A stretch of 64,000 bases of DNA, taken from positions 1 to 64,000 of IMG/VR virus record IMGVR_UViG_3300047353_000337. One strand, given 5' to 3'. The notes beneath the pieces are model-generated. The model searched no databases, was not told where the DNA came from, and saw nothing but the letters and a program-made list of their open reading frames with translations. Positions 48,948-57,952 of this stretch are shown one piece after another; the stretch's first letter is position 1; each line of letters opens with the position of its first letter. This DNA is from a virus. A program made the translations under genes and the position numbers.

Positions 48948-49781
48948 ATGATAACACTTGAAGAATTAAAAGGATCAGAATATAGAACAGTAGACTTTTA
49001 CTTGTCAAAGTCTTGCAACAAGTCTTGTCATTATTGTACTGCGTGGACTTTAGAAATGCGATACCTACACACAGATATGGATCTAGTTCGTACTATTCTA
49101 AAGGGACTTGCTCCTTACAAAACACGTATCTGTTTATTAGGCGGCGAACCCGGACTTATTAAAAACTTAGATGAGATTATAGCAGAAATTAAAAAATATC
49201 CTAATCTAATTCCACAAGTATTATCTAATAGTTTAGTACGTAAGTTTTATCCACACATACTTGAAGATCCTGAAGTCATCTATATTGAACACTTAATATT
49301 AGACTTTTACGAAGATAAAATTGAAAAACTAGGAAACTATGATTGGTTTAAACCTAACGACTTAAACAACTATAATCTTATTATTGAAACACCTGGTTAT
49401 TTTGCATATAGAGACAAGCACGATATAAGTCATATTGATCATAAAAATACAGAATTTAAAGAATATAATTCACGTTCGCCTGATTTCTTTAGTGATCACG
49501 AACTTGTACAAGCACCTGAATTAGAAAGACGTATTTGTGCTAAGTTTCCTCAAGTACCTGTGTTTGATTTTGAAATACAAAAGATTAGACATTGTAGTAG
49601 AAAAGCAATTAACGGATCACGTGAGTTTGATATTACAGTAGAAAATATTACTAAAATGATGGAACATGACTTATTCCAGTTTGAAAAATATTGTACAGTG
49701 TGTATGGATATTATTCCGCCTCGACCTAAAGTACGTAGGCAGGCAATACTAGAAAAAATAGCATTAGAGGAAATAAAATGA
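48948..49781 (+). CDS. Radical SAM protein
   Basis: CNKSCHYC, LGGEPG; C-terminal C...HC...C..C. Confidence 0.85.
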   Translation: MITLEELKGSEYRTVDFYLSKSCNKSCHYCTAWTLEMRYLHTDMDLVRTILKGLAPYKTRICLLGGEPGLIKNLDEIIAEIKKYPNLIPQVLSNSLVRKFYPHILEDPEVIYIEHLILDFYEDKIEKLGNYDWFKPNDLNNYNLIIETPGYFAYRDKHDISHIDHKNTEFKEYNSRSPDFFSDHELVQAPELERRICAKFPQVPVFDFEIQKIRHCSRKAINGSREFDITVENITKMMEHDLFQFEKYCTVCMDIIPPRPKVRRQAILEKIALEEIK

Positions 49782-51241
49782 AACTATTTTCTGTAGCACT
49801 TAATATGCACGACCATAATACGTATAACGGAAAGACGCATTTACAAGTTGAAAGACATACTCGTAGAAAGCATAACTTGAACACAGATCCGCATGACGGC
49901 AAACCTAGTAGAGAATTCTTTGAACAGTATGTAAAAACAGAAGATGAAACATTATGCTTTACAGTTTCTAATCTTGGACAAGAGTTTGTAATTGATCTTA
50001 TTGAAGAAAAGTTTGGTACAAAAGAATTTTTAGATTTTAAACCTACTAACTTATGGGACTACCATCAAGGGCAAGACTTTTATTATATTGACCATCATCA
50101 AAGTCATGCCGCATACGCTTTTTTAAGTTCTAAGTACGAACAGTCAGACATACTTGCTATTGACGGTAAAGGTTGGAAATTTAATTGCGTGTTTATCGAC
50201 AAGCACGGACATATACACGACTTATCAGATAAACTATCAATTGGCGGATTGTGGAACAGACTATCACAAGACTTAGGATTTGGTTACTTAGGTGCCGGTA
50301 AAGTTATGGGTCTAGCAGGTTACGGTCAGTACGATTATCAAATACATGCTTTAATTGATTATTATATGAACAATGACTTTACACTACCAGAATGGTCAAA
50401 GAAAGTTTTAGATAGACATTTAAAAGAAGATGTTGCTTATACACTACAATGGGTAACTGAAGACTTAATCAAAAAATATGTGTATCCTTTAAAAACTTGT
50501 GACAACTTATGTGTAGCAGGAGGTGTTGCATATAACGGTTATGTAAATGAAATGTTTACTAAACATTATACTAATGTACATATTCCGCCAGCAGTTGGTG
50601 ATGAAGGACAAGCACTTGGCACATATATGCATGCCGATTATGTACTAAACAAAAATATACACTTACCTAAAACAGCATCAGGTAAACATTTTGATTATGT
50701 GCTATCTGATAATTTTATTGATTTGGATATAAAGAAAGTTGCACAAGATATTGCAAACGGAAAAATTGTTGGATGGTTCCAAGGGTTATCTGAAAGCGGT
50801 AACAGAGCATTAGGAAATCGTAGTATACTTGCTGATCCTCGGAACCCTAACATAAAAAATATTATTAATACTACTATTAAAAAGCGTGAAGACTTTAGAC
50901 CGTTTGCTCCAAGTGTGTTAGAAGAATATTACCAAGAATATTTTGATACTAATCAACCAAGTCCGTACATGAGTAGGATTATGCCAGTAAAATCAGATAA
51001 GATTCCAGGTGTAACACATGTAGACAATACAGCAAGAATACAAACAGTTAATCGAACACAAAACGAAAAGTTTTATGATCTTATTAATGAGTTTTATAAA
51101 ATTACTGGAATACCAATGTTACTGAATACTAGCTTTAACTGCCAAGAACCTATTGTAGAAAACCCATACGAAGCATATGAAACTTACGAAGAAACTGCAA
51201 TTGATATACTTGTAATAGATAATAAGATGGTTAGCAAATGA
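49778..51241 (+). CDS. Carbamoyltransferase (NodU/CmcH/TobZ family)
   Basis: HD, DHHQSHA, IDGKG, GKVMGLAGYG, AGGVAYN, GDEG, GNRALGNRSILADP, KKREDFRPFAP, HVDNTARIQTV, LNTSFN. Confidence 0.95.
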   Translation: MKLFSVALNMHDHNTYNGKTHLQVERHTRRKHNLNTDPHDGKPSREFFEQYVKTEDETLCFTVSNLGQEFVIDLIEEKFGTKEFLDFKPTNLWDYHQGQDFYYIDHHQSHAAYAFLSSKYEQSDILAIDGKGWKFNCVFIDKHGHIHDLSDKLSIGGLWNRLSQDLGFGYLGAGKVMGLAGYGQYDYQIHALIDYYMNNDFTLPEWSKKVLDRHLKEDVAYTLQWVTEDLIKKYVYPLKTCDNLCVAGGVAYNGYVNEMFTKHYTNVHIPPAVGDEGQALGTYMHADYVLNKNIHLPKTASGKHFDYVLSDNFIDLDIKKVAQDIANGKIVGWFQGLSESGNRALGNRSILADPRNPNIKNIINTTIKKREDFRPFAPSVLEEYYQEYFDTNQPSPYMSRIMPVKSDKIPGVTHVDNTARIQTVNRTQNEKFYDLINEFYKITGIPMLLNTSFNCQEPIVENPYEAYETYEETAIDILVIDNKMVSK

Positions 51242-51822
51242 TAGATTTACAACTATTTAAAAATATTATGGCTGAAGCTAGGAACAATTCAACGTTACTA
51301 GATTCTTATAGCCCAAATCAATTTAAAGCAAAAGAAAAAATAGTAGACAATGTTAATCAATTTGTAGATACTAACAGTGAAATTGTAATTTTAGGTGGAT
51401 GGTACGGCAGTATATTAGTTCCGTTTTTTAAACATGTAAAAAGAATTACAATAATTGATTTAGATGATACTGCTATAAGTATATCTAAAAACAGGTTGTT
51501 TAGTCATTATAACAATATTGATTATATAGCAAGTGATGTGTTTGACAAAAAAAGACACGGAAGAATTATGAACGCTGATCTTATAATTAATCCTTCTTGC
51601 GAACACATGCCTTCTATGAAAACGTTAGATGCATTAAAAACATCTAAAGCATATTTTGCATTCACTTCAAACAACATGTACGATATTGAAGGACATACTA
51701 ACTGTGTAAGTAGTATTCAAGAATTTAAAGATCAACTGCCAGATAATGCAACCGTGACAGTTGAAGACGAAATAAAAGATTCACGTGGCATTAGGTATTT
51801 AATAGTAGGTAAATTATGTTAG
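51238..51822 (+). CDS. Class I SAM-dependent methyltransferase-like protein
   Basis: ILGGWYG motif I, IDLD, INPSCEHM, HTNCV. Confidence 0.7.
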   Translation: MIDLQLFKNIMAEARNNSTLLDSYSPNQFKAKEKIVDNVNQFVDTNSEIVILGGWYGSILVPFFKHVKRITIIDLDDTAISISKNRLFSHYNNIDYIASDVFDKKRHGRIMNADLIINPSCEHMPSMKTLDALKTSKAYFAFTSNNMYDIEGHTNCVSSIQEFKDQLPDNATVTVEDEIKDSRGIRYLIVGKLC

Positions 51823-52445
51823 ACTTATATCAAAATCTTACAGCATACGGTACAGTGTATGAAACTAGATACACAATGTCTAATGTAGACAAGTTTGTTG
51901 ATTGGACAGAAGAAAATTTTGACTATGTAAGATATAATCCTCGTAAAGAAATTGATAGATGGGGACTAAGTATTACAAGTCTTGATGGCGGATTAAGTGG
52001 TACACCAGACTTAGATAGTCTTCCAAATTATAATAAAGAAAATAACACACAATATTACGAACAACATTTTAAAACACCTACTCCTGTTTATGATTTTCCT
52101 AGTGTTAAAGAGGTTCTTGATCCTATTAAAGATTATATATGTAGAACGCATGTATTAAAACTAAACAGCGGCGGATATTTTCCTCCTCACAGAGATTTTA
52201 CAAGAGACATTTTTAAAACATATAGACTTATTATTCCTTTACGTAATATTGAACCACCTTGTTTTAATTTTGTTATAGAAGATAAAATACAAAACTTTAA
52301 AAACGGTGTTGTATATTTTGTAGATACTGCTAAGATGCATTATCTTTTTAATGCTAGTCAAAACCCTAGCTATATGATTGTTGTAAATGTAATCATAAAC
52401 AAAGAAACAGTGGAGTTTGTTACAAACAATTTTTTATATCCATGA
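51816..52445 (+). CDS. 2OG-Fe(II) dioxygenase (Asp/Asn beta-hydroxylase-like)
   Basis: GGYFPPHRD (HxD), RLIIPL, YFVDTAKMHYLFN. Confidence 0.72.
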   Translation: MLDLYQNLTAYGTVYETRYTMSNVDKFVDWTEENFDYVRYNPRKEIDRWGLSITSLDGGLSGTPDLDSLPNYNKENNTQYYEQHFKTPTPVYDFPSVKEVLDPIKDYICRTHVLKLNSGGYFPPHRDFTRDIFKTYRLIIPLRNIEPPCFNFVIEDKIQNFKNGVVYFVDTAKMHYLFNASQNPSYMIVVNVIINKETVEFVTNNFLYP

Positions 52446-52999
52446 GAATAGAAGTAATACAAGATAAACATTTAGAAATGTTACAAGAATTTTGTAACAA
52501 CTGTAAAGAATTAGGTTATGTAAACAATTCTAGTTTTGAACAAATGAGGCTCCTTTGGTGTAAGGAGAACGGAGAGTACTGGTGTGCTATTAAACAAGGA
52601 AAAATAGTAGCAGTAGCAGGATGCCATACTTTACCTGAAGTTAGTGATTCTGCCTACAGAATTTTATTTAGAGGTTGTGAACTTCCAAAATCAGATAATT
52701 TTAAAGGACTTGGAAAAGCACAGTGGAACAGTATTACGTTTAGAGATTTTGTTCCACAGTTTATTAAATATCTTCCAAATAGCCTTTTATACATTACTAC
52801 AAATATTAATAACGACCATAGTAACGGTAGATCATCAAGGAATCATCGTACAATGACTTTAATGTCTAAGCAAGGCATATTAGACAACTGCGGAGACATG
52901 TTCTTAAACAACACTAACCAAACACTATGGCGGTTAAATACTAGTGAATACCTAAGACGTAGAGAAAGGATAGGTAATGAGTACGTGGCTAAATCCTAA
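52442..52999 (+). CDS. GNAT-like N-acyltransferase
   Basis: KIVAVAGCH...YRILFRG...GLG resembles GNAT motif A. Confidence 0.45.
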   Translation: MRIEVIQDKHLEMLQEFCNNCKELGYVNNSSFEQMRLLWCKENGEYWCAIKQGKIVAVAGCHTLPEVSDSAYRILFRGCELPKSDNFKGLGKAQWNSITFRDFVPQFIKYLPNSLLYITTNINNDHSNGRSSRNHRTMTLMSKQGILDNCGDMFLNNTNQTLWRLNTSEYLRRRERIGNEYVAKS

Positions 53000-53240
53000 A
53001 CATTTAAATGAAGCAAAAACAAAAGCTGGCAAACCTACAGCAGGTTATTGGTGGCATTTTGGTTTGGCAATAAAAGAATTCTTTTTCCTATTACTAGTTT
53101 GTATAGGAAGTTTAATTCATGCAGTTTTTCCTTGGGTACTTGATTTTAAATTATTAGAATGGAGAATCAATAGATTAAAAAAACTTAAGAAACAACTGCC
53201 TGATGACCCCCAACTACAAAAGGTACATTTTGATGACTAA
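52977..53240 (+). CDS. Small membrane protein (DUF6356-like)
   Basis: HL......Y..HF..A + hydrophobic helix + IHAVFPW. Confidence 0.55.
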   Translation: MSTWLNPKHLNEAKTKAGKPTAGYWWHFGLAIKEFFFLLLVCIGSLIHAVFPWVLDFKLLEWRINRLKKLKKQLPDDPQLQKVHFDD

Positions 53241-54069
53241 CGTATTAGACTTAATAGCATATAAAAACGGTGAATATAAACCACTAGGAGAAATTGGACC
53301 AAGTATACTCGACTTTGGGTTTATTCATTGTGATGCTACATATGATGTAATGCCAGTTTATAACGGTAAAGCATTTTGTTACGAAAGACACTTAGAAAGA
53401 TTTAAGAATAGTGCAGAACGTTACGGGCTTACTATTCCAGACGTTGATCCTCTAGAGATTATTAAAGAACTTGCAAAGCGTAATCCAATTGATAATGCAT
53501 TTGTATGGTTTTTAATCTGGAGAGGATTCCCGCCTAGTGGTAATCCAAGAGACTTAGAAAATTGTCCTGTAAACTTTGCTATGTATATCAAACCAAGTTA
53601 TCCTATAGCAAGTACACCATTAGTAAGACTTTACTTAGATAAGAAAACTAATAGAGTTAATGATGACTATTACGGACAAGAATATAAAAATATGGCTTGG
53701 ATAGACTTAACAATGAGTCAACGCAACACACCAGCAGGCTATGATACAACTGTGCTTGTTGATATAGATGGCCATGTAACAGAAGGACCGGGATTTAATG
53801 TGGGTATTGTTAAAGATGGTGCAATCTATACAGCAGATAAAAATGTTTTAAAAGGCATTACTATGAGCGTAGTTGAAGATATTGCTAACGAAAATAATAT
53901 TTCTTTTAAACGTATGCCAATTACACAAGAAATGTTCATGTCAGCAGACGAGACTTTTATTACAAGTTCAAGCGGTGGAGTAACGCCTACTACTGTAACT
54001 GGAGACGTTACACATTTACTAGTATCAAAATATAAAGATAAAAAAGAACAGTATGCTACAGAACTGTGA
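53233..54069 (+). CDS. Class IV PLP aminotransferase (BCAT / D-amino-acid / ADC-lyase family)
   Basis: DFGFIHCDATYD, HLERF..SA, catalytic K (EYKN), EGPGFNV, LKGITM, ADETFITSS.GG; start set at ATG 53233. Confidence 0.9.
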   Translation: MTNVLDLIAYKNGEYKPLGEIGPSILDFGFIHCDATYDVMPVYNGKAFCYERHLERFKNSAERYGLTIPDVDPLEIIKELAKRNPIDNAFVWFLIWRGFPPSGNPRDLENCPVNFAMYIKPSYPIASTPLVRLYLDKKTNRVNDDYYGQEYKNMAWIDLTMSQRNTPAGYDTTVLVDIDGHVTEGPGFNVGIVKDGAIYTADKNVLKGITMSVVEDIANENNISFKRMPITQEMFMSADETFITSSSGGVTPTTVTGDVTHLLVSKYKDKKEQYATEL

Positions 54070-54574
54070 TCCTTATTATAGAACCATTCCTTATGCAATA
54101 GGCAATTCTACAAAGCAAGAGCTTTTAGATATAGCTCTTACTCCTGATGCATTTATAGATATAAGTTATAAAATAAGTTTCTTTAAATTACCTAGTACTA
54201 TACAAAAATTTAACACAACTGGTTTAGACTGTGTATGTCAAATATTAAAAGTATCAGAGTCAGGTAGTAAAATACACAAGGATAAAAATCGTTATAACGA
54301 ATACGAAAATATATACATGCCACGTCAAACTGTAATTAGTTTTCCATTAACAGAAAATTGTGGAGAAACATGGTTTTATAATGACAAAGAAGAAAATGTT
54401 GCAAAGATAAATTATGACGGCTATGGTGCAGTGTTAAATACTGGTGAACACTTTCATAATGTTTACTTCACAGAAGACGATAATACTAGAATTGTTTTCC
54501 AGTTATGCTTTGAAGAAACATATAATGAAGTATGTACTTTGTACGAAGAGCATTTGAAAGGATTTGTGCTATGA
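54053..54574 (+). CDS. 2OG-Fe(II) dioxygenase-like protein
   Basis: IHKD, ISFPL, LNT...HNV......RIVFQ. Confidence 0.6.
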   Translation: MLQNCDPYYRTIPYAIGNSTKQELLDIALTPDAFIDISYKISFFKLPSTIQKFNTTGLDCVCQILKVSESGSKIHKDKNRYNEYENIYMPRQTVISFPLTENCGETWFYNDKEENVAKINYDGYGAVLNTGEHFHNVYFTEDDNTRIVFQLCFEETYNEVCTLYEEHLKGFVL

Positions 54575-55146
54575 ACAACGATTATATTTTAACATTACCT
54601 AGTCTTTTAGATGAAGATTATATGAAAAAAATAGGTAAAGAAACTTTAACAGAAGAATGGTTAAGCATAGGTGATGTACAAGCACTCCGTAAATTTACAG
54701 ATACAGTTACTATAGATGTTGAATCAGATCCGTATTTAAAAAGTATAAGAGACACATATCCTAAATTAGAATCTTATATAAAGTTATTAAAAATGGATAA
54801 AGGACAATGGCCTACTCATGTTGATACACAACGTAGTTGTGCAATAAATATTCCTATTCAAAATTGTGATGAAACTAAAGTCACACAAATGGGTAAAAAA
54901 GGAAAACTAGTAAAGAGTATTGTAACAACTTTTGGTGATGTAGAAGCTGAATGGCATTCACATCAGTATGTACAATATGTAGCTGACGCTGTAGTAGATT
55001 TTGAATTTGCATTACAAGGGCCAACTTTATTTAACACTAAGATTCCGCATGGCGTTATTAATTACACAGATACTCAAAGAGTTATAGCTACATGGTCATA
55101 TGATGACGATTTTGATAATGCAAAAAAGGATTTCCTTAATGGATAA
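54571..55146 (+). CDS. 2OG-Fe(II) dioxygenase-like protein
   Basis: THVD..R.CAINIP, LFNTKIPHGVIN.....RVI; start set at ATG 54571. Confidence 0.62.
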   Translation: MNNDYILTLPSLLDEDYMKKIGKETLTEEWLSIGDVQALRKFTDTVTIDVESDPYLKSIRDTYPKLESYIKLLKMDKGQWPTHVDTQRSCAINIPIQNCDETKVTQMGKKGKLVKSIVTTFGDVEAEWHSHQYVQYVADAVVDFEFALQGPTLFNTKIPHGVINYTDTQRVIATWSYDDDFDNAKKDFLNG

Positions 55147-55714
55147 TAAAAAGTGGGACGAAGTCTACACAAGTAAAAACATTGCTTGGGGTAAGTCTAC
55201 TAGTACCTTCTTAAAAGAAGTAATACATATGTTTCCGGAAAAAGGCAAAGTTCTTGACTTAGGTTGTGGTGAAGGCAGAAATCTACAGTATCTTATTAAT
55301 AAAGGATATAATGCTGTAGGGTATGAATTTTCAAATGTAGCAATTTCTCAAGCAGTAACTAAAAATATAAAACATAAAGATCTTATACAAGAAGAATGGA
55401 ATATAGGTAAATTTGATGTAGTTATAGATTTTGGCTTTTATCATTTTTATCCAACAGATAAACAAAACGAATATTTTAAAAAGTTAGATAGTGTATTAAA
55501 CACTGGCGGAATTTATATAAATGAATCTGCTAGACTAGTGGGAGATCCTTGGACAGGCGAAGATAATCCTTTAGGTTATAAACCCCCTCAGCTTCAGCGA
55601 TCTGACTTTGATATTTTTGATAATTATAATAGAGTAGTTCTTAATAAAGGAGAATTGCCTGCTCACGGAGATTGGAAAACATATCTTTGTTGGCAAGCCG
55701 TATATAAAAAATGA
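55139..55714 (+). CDS. Class I SAM-dependent methyltransferase (TehB-like)
   Basis: WDEVY, VLDLGCGEGRN, FDVVID.G.YH, LNTGG; start set at ATG 55139. Confidence 0.85.
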   Translation: MDNKKWDEVYTSKNIAWGKSTSTFLKEVIHMFPEKGKVLDLGCGEGRNLQYLINKGYNAVGYEFSNVAISQAVTKNIKHKDLIQEEWNIGKFDVVIDFGFYHFYPTDKQNEYFKKLDSVLNTGGIYINESARLVGDPWTGEDNPLGYKPPQLQRSDFDIFDNYNRVVLNKGELPAHGDWKTYLCWQAVYKK

Positions 55715-57222
55715 AAAATGCAATAATTTTTAACGATAGTGGACAGGATCTTACCCGTAGAACTATGGGAGCATATAAAGTAGCTGATATGATGAGAAAG
55801 GTTGGCTGGACAGTTGAGATAATAGATTGGGTTGAGCATTGGTCAGATAAAGAGGTACAACAGTTTGTTGATCAGTTACCTTATAAAGTTACTTTGTTTG
55901 CCTTTGGTAATCTATGGATGACAGATACAACTGTCGTAAATAAAATAAGTTTTTTGAAAAAAACATATCCAGGTTCAAAGTTTTTATTAGGAGGACCTAA
56001 GCCATACCAAACAGACTTTGGTGCTGACTGTATGGTGTTTGGTTATAGCGAAAAAGCTCTTTTGCCTGTATTAGACTGGATGTTTGACGGTGGCGAACAA
56101 CCTAAAGGAAGGTATCCTGAATGGGCACCTAATAGTTTGCTAGTAGATGCTAATCATATGTATGCGGGACTAGACATAGATAAATTTGATTGCGAATATC
56201 ACTCTCATGATTTTATTGAGAATCATGAAGCACTAACATTAGAAACTAGTAGAGGATGTAGATTTAAATGTAAATATTGTAATTATGCATTTTTAGGAGT
56301 CAAAGAAGATTATGGTAGATCTGAAGATGATATGTATAATGAACTAATGCGTAATTACGAAAAATGGGGTACAACAAATTATATTATAAGTGATGATACT
56401 TTTAATGATAGAGATAACAAGATTGAAAAATTAGCGTTAGCTGTTGAAAGACTTCCTTTTGAACCTAACTTTACTTGTTTCATAAGATTAGATCTAGTTA
56501 TATCAAAACCACATCAAGTAGACTTATTGATAAGAGCAAGGTGTTGGGGACATTTTTATGGAATAGAAACATTTCATCCACAAGCGGCAAAAGCAATTGG
56601 AAAGGGTATGCACCCTGATAAAATTAAAAAAGGGCTGTTATGGATTAGGGACGAATTTAATAATCGATTAGGTCTATATAGAGGCACTTGTGGAATGATA
56701 GCTGGACTACCATATGAACCTGTACAATCTTGGTATGATAGTTTAGACTGGTTAGATAAAAACTGGGAAAGTTTCTTCTATTGGGGATTACATATAAGTG
56801 ATGATCCTGATACACAAACACAAAGTGACTTTAGTGTTGACGCACAGAAGTTTGGTTACTTTGAAACAAAAAATCAAGAAGTACTTGACTGGTCTATTGA
56901 AAAAGGATATAACGTTCCTTTTAAAGCTGATCCTATGGGAAGACTTAATAACAAGTTAGATAATAGAGCGTTAGTATGGGAAAATGATATTACTAATTTT
57001 AAAGAGGCATCATTGTTTGGAGAAATGTATCACAACAAATACTTTTTTAAACAACGACTTTCAAATTTTGATATGACTGAATATATAGGAAAGTTTCCAG
57101 AAGATAAAAAAGAACTGTTAAGTTTGACTTTAGATGAAATGTACTTAAAAAGAAAATATTCTTCTGTTAACAAAAAAAGAATAGAACAGTATAAACAACA
57201 TAAACTATCTCTTTTTAAATAA
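55711..57222 (+). CDS. Cobalamin-binding-domain radical SAM protein
   Basis: N-terminal B12-binding-like region (LGGP...GYSE), ETSRGCRFKCKYC, SDDTFN, GIETF, IAGLPYE. Confidence 0.88.
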   Translation: MKNAIIFNDSGQDLTRRTMGAYKVADMMRKVGWTVEIIDWVEHWSDKEVQQFVDQLPYKVTLFAFGNLWMTDTTVVNKISFLKKTYPGSKFLLGGPKPYQTDFGADCMVFGYSEKALLPVLDWMFDGGEQPKGRYPEWAPNSLLVDANHMYAGLDIDKFDCEYHSHDFIENHEALTLETSRGCRFKCKYCNYAFLGVKEDYGRSEDDMYNELMRNYEKWGTTNYIISDDTFNDRDNKIEKLALAVERLPFEPNFTCFIRLDLVISKPHQVDLLIRARCWGHFYGIETFHPQAAKAIGKGMHPDKIKKGLLWIRDEFNNRLGLYRGTCGMIAGLPYEPVQSWYDSLDWLDKNWESFFYWGLHISDDPDTQTQSDFSVDAQKFGYFETKNQEVLDWSIEKGYNVPFKADPMGRLNNKLDNRALVWENDITNFKEASLFGEMYHNKYFFKQRLSNFDMTEYIGKFPEDKKELLSLTLDEMYLKRKYSSVNKKRIEQYKQHKLSLFK

Positions 57223-57901
57223 TTTGATTTTCTATTTGGTAATCGATATGATTATCTAAATGCGGTATTAGGTTAAAGTTAAGAACATATCTATCGTTAT
57301 TGTTGTGAGAATTTACAGCACCGTGTGGCTTACCAGTATCAAGATAAAACATTTTATTTGACCTTGTAAAAGAATAATCTTTACCTAAAACTCTCCAAGT
57401 ATAATCAGCACCTGGAGTAATACAAATGTGCATCCTAATTCCTCTATACCAAGGATAATCAATATGTGCAGTTTTTTCTTGACTTAGTAAATCGTGTCCA
57501 GCTTCTAGTTTTATTAATCTTATTTGTGTTACTTGTCCTTTAAATTTACTAACAACTTCATCTAAATAAGGAAACCAAGCAGGACTCTTTTCTGTATATT
57601 CAATATCTATTGGACTATCAATTGTTTTATGAGAATGTACATTACTTGATAATCCTTGCCCTAATGGGTCTTTAGAATTTAATGTTGATTTAAAACAAAG
57701 TCCGTAGTAGCCCGGAACCACATGTTTCCCTACAGGACTGTCAACAGTATATGGAATCATTTTAAAATTATTTAAAACATCTTTTATTCCTCTATCAATT
57801 TCATCTAAATTTACATCGTATCTATTGGGTAACCCAACTACATTATGTTTGCTTGGCTGGTAGTTGGTATATAGCTCTTGCCATTTATTCACATCGTACA
57901 T
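57215..57901 (-). CDS. 2OG-Fe(II) dioxygenase (Asp/Asn beta-hydroxylase-like)
   Basis: RLIKLEAG...HIDYP, RMHICI, YLDTGKPHGAVN...R; start set at ATG 57901, 5 nt after a minus-strand TATAAATA. Confidence 0.72.
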   Translation of the reverse strand: MYDVNKWQELYTNYQPSKHNVVGLPNRYDVNLDEIDRGIKDVLNNFKMIPYTVDSPVGKHVVPGYYGLCFKSTLNSKDPLGQGLSSNVHSHKTIDSPIDIEYTEKSPAWFPYLDEVVSKFKGQVTQIRLIKLEAGHDLLSQEKTAHIDYPWYRGIRMHICITPGADYTWRVLGKDYSFTRSNKMFYLDTGKPHGAVNSHNNNDRYVLNFNLIPHLDNHIDYQIENQII

Positions 57902-57906
57902 GTACA

Positions 57907-57925
57907 TATTTATAGGCAATAAATA
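57907..57925. promoter_or_regulatory. Back-to-back late promoters: TATAAATA (minus, 57907-57914) and AATAAATA (plus, 57918-57925)
   Basis: Read directly between two divergent genes. Confidence 0.6.
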
Positions 57926-57952
57926 CTAACAGTTAAAAAAGAGAACCCTAAT

